Shown here piece by piece: positions 60,319 to 64,000 of a DNA stretch of 64,000 bases. Positions within the stretch are counted from its first letter, which is position 1, and the number at the start of each line of letters is the position of its first letter. The notes beneath the pieces were generated by a model. The model did no database searches. It saw only the letters and a list, made by a program, of their open reading frames with translations, and was not told where the DNA came from. Source of the DNA: a virus; IMG/VR virus record IMGVR_UViG_3300013132_000039, positions 1 through 64,000 of that record, one strand, 5' to 3'. The translations under genes were made by a program, and so were the position numbers.

Positions 60319-60341
60319 TCAAGTTTCGGCAATCTTTGAGG

Positions 60342-60446
60342 TTGCAAGACTAAATAAAAACGCATACAATAACAAGTATGCGTTTTTTGTTTAACTGGTG
60401 TTAAACAATATAGGCAAATATAGAGGCTAACAATAGGAGAAAAATT
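60342..60446 (+). promoter_or_regulatory. Composite promoter, terminator and leader of gp32
   Basis: TTGCAA-17-TACAAT (60342-60370); nested TAAATA (60351-60356); 12-bp stem 60356-60367/60376-60387; second stem 60387-60395/60400-60408. Confidence 0.65.
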
Positions 60447-61430
60447 ATGGCATCTTTAGCAGAAATTCGCGCGAAATTAAAAGAACAAGAAGCCCGCTCA
60501 AATGGAGAGGGTAATAGGTCAGGCGGTGATAATTCGATTTATCCCTTCTGGAACTTAAAGGAAGGTAGTGAGTCAACAGTCCGTTTTCTTCCTGACGGAG
60601 ATACCAATAACACATTTTTCTGGGTAGAACGTGCAATGATTAAATTGCCATTTCCTGGAATTAAAGATTCTACAGAAAATAAACCAGTAGTAGTAAATGT
60701 TCCTTGTATGGAGATGTATGGAGAAACCTGCCCAATTCTTAGCGAAGTGCGTGGTTGGTTTAAAGACCCTAGTTTAGAAGATATGGGTCGTAAATATTGG
60801 AAAAAACGTAGTTATATTTTCCAAGGCTTTGTAGTTGAAGATGGATTAAAAGAAGAAAGCCGTCCTGAAAATCCAATTCGTAGACTTATTATTGGCCCTC
60901 AAATTTTCCAGCTTATCCGTGGAGCATTACTTGACCCAGAAATGGATGACTTACCTACTGATGCAGTAAATGGCGTTGACTTCAAGCTGATCAAGACCAG
61001 TAAAGGTGGTTATGCAGATTATAGCACTAGCAAATGGAGCCGCCGTAGTCGTCCATTAGGAGACAGTGAGACACAGGCATTATCTGCACACGGTCTTTTT
61101 AATCTCAAAGATTATCTACCAAAGAAACCCGGAAATGTTGAGGTACAGGTAATTAAAGAAATGTTTGAAGCTAGTGTTGACGGTGAACCTTTTGATATGG
61201 AACGCTGGAGTCAATACTTTAAACCAGCCGGTATGAGCTCCGCTACCGGTGATCCGGCTGCTCGCCCAGCCAAAGCTTCTGCACCGGCTGAAGAAGAGTA
61301 CGACGATGAACCAGTTGTAGCTAAGGCTGCTCCTGCTCCTAAAGCAGAAGATTCAAAAGCGACTGCTAATGCTGGTGGTAGCAAGGCTGAAGATATTCTT
61401 GCTATGATTCGCAATCGTAAACAACAATAA
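60447..61430 (+). CDS. gp32: Single-stranded DNA-binding protein
   Basis: VRFLPDGD..NTFFW, C...G..CP, KYWKKRSY, GVDFKL.K and YADYSTS. Confidence 0.93.
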   Translation: MASLAEIRAKLKEQEARSNGEGNRSGGDNSIYPFWNLKEGSESTVRFLPDGDTNNTFFWVERAMIKLPFPGIKDSTENKPVVVNVPCMEMYGETCPILSEVRGWFKDPSLEDMGRKYWKKRSYIFQGFVVEDGLKEESRPENPIRRLIIGPQIFQLIRGALLDPEMDDLPTDAVNGVDFKLIKTSKGGYADYSTSKWSRRSRPLGDSETQALSAHGLFNLKDYLPKKPGNVEVQVIKEMFEASVDGEPFDMERWSQYFKPAGMSSATGDPAARPAKASAPAEEEYDDEPVVAKAAPAPKAEDSKATANAGGSKAEDILAMIRNRKQQ

Positions 61431-61437
61431 TAACAAT

Positions 61438-61464
61438 GCTCGGGTTAACAGCCCGAGCCTTCTT
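61438..61464 (+). terminator. Intrinsic terminator/stem-loop after gp32
   Basis: GCTCGGG-ttaacag-CCCGAGC followed by CTTCTT. Confidence 0.65.
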
Positions 61465-61477
61465 CACGGAGAATATA

Positions 61478-61690
61478 ATGGCAAAATTAGTAAAAATTAA
61501 TGAAAGTTTTAGTTTAAATTACAGTAGTCGCGAAGCAGACACAGGGGATACTGTAATGGATTGTAATATCAATTTTGACAATCCCAAAGATGACTCTACT
61601 ATAATTCATAGATTAAACACTTGGCTATCAGCAATTGGCAGAACTGACATTGTTGTAGAACCAAAAGAGTATCCTAAAGGAATAAAGTAA
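61478..61690 (+). CDS. Hypothetical protein
   Basis: 70 aa from ATG 61478 behind GGAG. Confidence 0.65.
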   Translation: MAKLVKINESFSLNYSSREADTGDTVMDCNINFDNPKDDSTIIHRLNTWLSAIGRTDIVVEPKEYPKGIK

Positions 61691-62748
61691 TGGCAACAAA
61701 ACCTTTTGATTTAAGTAAATTTCGTAAGACATTAACCAAGAGTATCGATGGTCTTGGTGTAGGATTTAACGATCCTACTGATTGGGTAAGCACAGGCAAC
61801 TACGCCCTAAACTATTTGATTAGCGGCGACTTTAATAAAGGTATCCCATTGGGTAAAGTTACTGTGTTTGCCGGTGAAAGTGGTGCTGGTAAAAGCTACA
61901 TCTGCTCAGGCAATATTATTCGACACGCACAAGAACAAGGCATCTATGTTGTATTGATTGACAGTGAAAACGCACTAGATCAATCGTGGCTAACTGCCTT
62001 AGGTGTTGATACCAACGAGAACAAACTCCTCAAACTCAATATGGCTATGATTGATGACGTAGCTAAAACTATTAACGAGTTTATGAAAGAGTTTAAGGCA
62101 CTAAGCGAAACTGATAAGCCTAAAGTACTATTTGTTATAGATAGTCTAGGTATGCTATTAACCCCAACCGACGTTAATCAGTTTGAAGCAGGAGACCTTA
62201 AAGGTGATATGGGCCGTAAGCCCAAGGCACTGACTGCACTTGTTCGTAATTGTGTCAATATGTTTGGTAGTCATAATGTAGGGTTAGTTGCTACTAATCA
62301 TACATATGCTAGCCAGGATATGTTTGACCCTGATGATAAGATTAGTGGCGGACAAGGCTTTATCTATGCCAGCTCAATTGTAGTTGCTATGCGCAAATTA
62401 AAACTTAAAGTTGATGGGGATGGCAATAAAACTAGCCAGGTTCACGGTATTCGTGCTGCCTGTAAGATTATGAAAACACGATATGCCAAGCCTTTTGAAA
62501 CTATGGAAGTTGAGATTCCTTACAAAACAGGCATGAATCCTTGTAGTGGGCTAGTAGATTTATTTGAAAAAGAAGGACTATTAGTTCAGCAAGGGAACAG
62601 ACTCAAGTTTGTTGACAGTTCAGGTAATGAACACTTATACTACCGAAAAGAGTGGAAAGAAGATAAATTACATATGATAATGAACGACTTTCATTATCAT
62701 AAAAAAACTATAACTGAACAAACTGAGGAGCCTGTAGCAAATGAATGA
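61690..62748 (+). CDS. uvsX: RecA-like recombinase UvsX
   Basis: GESGAGKS Walker A, IDSENAL, VIDSLG, NHTY, SGGQG and KTRYAKP. Confidence 0.95.
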   Translation: MATKPFDLSKFRKTLTKSIDGLGVGFNDPTDWVSTGNYALNYLISGDFNKGIPLGKVTVFAGESGAGKSYICSGNIIRHAQEQGIYVVLIDSENALDQSWLTALGVDTNENKLLKLNMAMIDDVAKTINEFMKEFKALSETDKPKVLFVIDSLGMLLTPTDVNQFEAGDLKGDMGRKPKALTALVRNCVNMFGSHNVGLVATNHTYASQDMFDPDDKISGGQGFIYASSIVVAMRKLKLKVDGDGNKTSQVHGIRAACKIMKTRYAKPFETMEVEIPYKTGMNPCSGLVDLFEKEGLLVQQGNRLKFVDSSGNEHLYYRKEWKEDKLHMIMNDFHYHKKTITEQTEEPVANE

Positions 62749-62989
62749 AAATCAAATCGCCGATATCTGGATGCTGTTTAAAGAGTATGTAGATAAAAAA
62801 GTGCTTGAGGCTGTAGCTGAAAGATATATCGACTTATTAGCTGACCACGGAATTTCAGATAAAATTTTGGAATCAGCTACTGGAATTGACGATGACTTAG
62901 ATACTGCTATAGAATATTATCTAGATCAAGGCGAGGATGAAGAAGAGGACTACGAAGAAGATAACTGGGACTACGAAGACGACGAATGA
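62741..62989 (+). CDS. Small acidic hypothetical protein
   Basis: 82 aa with a D/E-rich tail, between uvsX and uvsY. Confidence 0.7.
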   Translation: MNENQIADIWMLFKEYVDKKVLEAVAERYIDLLADHGISDKILESATGIDDDLDTAIEYYLDQGEDEEEDYEEDNWDYEDDE

Positions 62990-63441
62990 ATTGGTACACA
63001 AAAATATCCAAGGATATTAGTCACATTCCTGATGCCGTGGCATATTACGAATCTGAATTACAAGCAGCACGACAAGATAGTCGTATAACGGGTAATATAG
63101 AAAAAGCTGCTGCCAATATGCCAGGCATCGTAGAACAGCGATTTGGGCAACTTCAAGAGATTGAAGCAATACTTGAATATTTAAATATAGAATTACGTCG
63201 CTTAAAAAGTAGATTTTTTCGAAAATACCTTGAAAACTATCAACGTGCTTTGAGTAGCCGAGACTGTGAAAAGTTTGTAGACGGAGAAGATGACGTCATC
63301 GATTTCGAAAAAATTATCAATGAATTCGCTTTAATACGAAACAAATGGTTAGGTGTAACTAAAGCACTTGATCAAAAACAATGGATGATTACTAACATTG
63401 TTAAACTCAGAGTTGCCGGTATGGAGGATGCAACTTTGTAA
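62986..63441 (+). CDS. uvsY: Recombination mediator UvsY
   Basis: Helical; KYLENY.RALSSRD.EKFVDGE and KALDQKQW.I.NIVKL. Confidence 0.85.
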   Translation: MNWYTKISKDISHIPDAVAYYESELQAARQDSRITGNIEKAAANMPGIVEQRFGQLQEIEAILEYLNIELRRLKSRFFRKYLENYQRALSSRDCEKFVDGEDDVIDFEKIINEFALIRNKWLGVTKALDQKQWMITNIVKLRVAGMEDATL

Positions 63442-63449
63442 ATACAACC

Positions 63450-63782
63450 ATGAATACGGTCGATAGGCAATGGGGGTATTGGAGAAGCTTAAGTGACTCC
63501 AAAACTTATAAAGTTAAAGAACTAGTGATAAATCCTAATTCAAAATTAAGCTTTCAAAAGCATAATCTAAGAGATGAGCATTGGTACGTCCTTCAAGGAC
63601 AATGTTCAATTCTCACGGAATTTGGAAAAGTTCAAAATACTGTTAGTAAACATAGAAATGATTCCTACCTAATAGGTAAAAACGTTTGGCATCAAGCTAT
63701 TAATAATACAGATAACTATTGCCATATATTAGTAGTTCAATTCGGTGACAGATGCGAAGAAGAGGACATTGAGCAAAGATGA
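63450..63782 (+). CDS. Cupin, mannose-6-phosphate isomerase type II C-terminal-like
   Basis: RQWGYW, KVKELVINP..KLSFQKH..RDEHW, WHQ and EEDIE. Confidence 0.85.
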   Translation: MNTVDRQWGYWRSLSDSKTYKVKELVINPNSKLSFQKHNLRDEHWYVLQGQCSILTEFGKVQNTVSKHRNDSYLIGKNVWHQAINNTDNYCHILVVQFGDRCEEEDIEQR

Positions 63783-64000
63783 TAAAACTTTTTATTGGGT
63801 ATGATCAAAGAGAAATAGTTGCTTACCATGTCTGTGCTAACAGTATTATCAGGCAAGCTACTAACCCGTTATCTATTAGTCCTTTGGCATTAAATTTACT
63901 CAAAGACTATAAAGAACTACACACTGATGGTAGTAATAACTTTATCTATAGTAGATTTTTAGTTCCATACTTAATGAGTTATAAAGGTTGGGCTATTTTT
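63779..64000 (+). CDS. GT-A fold glycosyltransferase, 3'-truncated by the window edge
   Basis: Not in the ORF track: MIKLFIGYDQREIVAYHVCANSII...GSNNFIYSRFLVPYLMSYKGWAIF. Confidence 0.8.
   Translation, partial: MIKLFIGYDQREIVAYHVCANSIIRQATNPLSISPLALNLLKDYKELHTDGSNNFIYSRFLVPYLMSYKGWAIF

Noticed and set aside
3470-61414. Numerous short antisense or alternate-frame ORFs in the track (e.g. 9286-9789, 3814-4143, 59715-60035)
   Set aside because: Shadows of long, well-supported genes; the Ser-rich translations mirror acidic codons on the coding strand.
57155-62748. Inteins or introns in terminase or UvsX
   Set aside because: Lengths are normal (530 and 352 aa), motifs are contiguous, and there are no intein splice motifs.
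1-64000. Stop-codon reassignment (alternative genetic code)
   Set aside because: Core genes are full length in the standard code, and TAG (43219-43221) and TGA (54575-54577) both act as stops.

Overview
This 64 kb AT-rich window is part of a T4-like (myovirus) bacteriophage genome and covers most of the virion morphogenesis region and the start of the replication/recombination region. In order it holds: the 3' part of a small GIY-YIG nuclease gene followed by a ~420-nt GC-rich, highly structured non-coding element; a gp26-like baseplate chaperone with an apparent programmed -1 frameshift extension; a tape-measure-like gene; the head module (gp20 portal, gp21 protease, gp22 scaffold, gp23 capsid); a ~22 kb array of virion fibre/appendage genes, including two giant paralogues and three paralogous receptor-binding proteins; a compact tailoring-enzyme cassette (five 2OG-Fe(II) oxygenases, a U32 Fe-S/methyltransferase fusion and a flavin-dependent halogenase); neck/tail genes (gp15, gp14, gp13, gp18, gp19); dNMP kinase; an HNH-like protein; gp4; terminase; gp32; UvsX; UvsY; and the start of a sugar-modification island. 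T4-type late promoter cores (TAAATA) recur, and many lie only 4-7 nt upstream of an ATG, which suggests leaderless mRNAs. No tRNA, rRNA, CRISPR array, integrase or transposase was recognised. The top candidates for new biology are the GIY-YIG plus structured element, the gp26 frameshift and the tailoring cassette next to the fibre genes. All calls come from reading motifs by eye; no database searches or folding programs were run.
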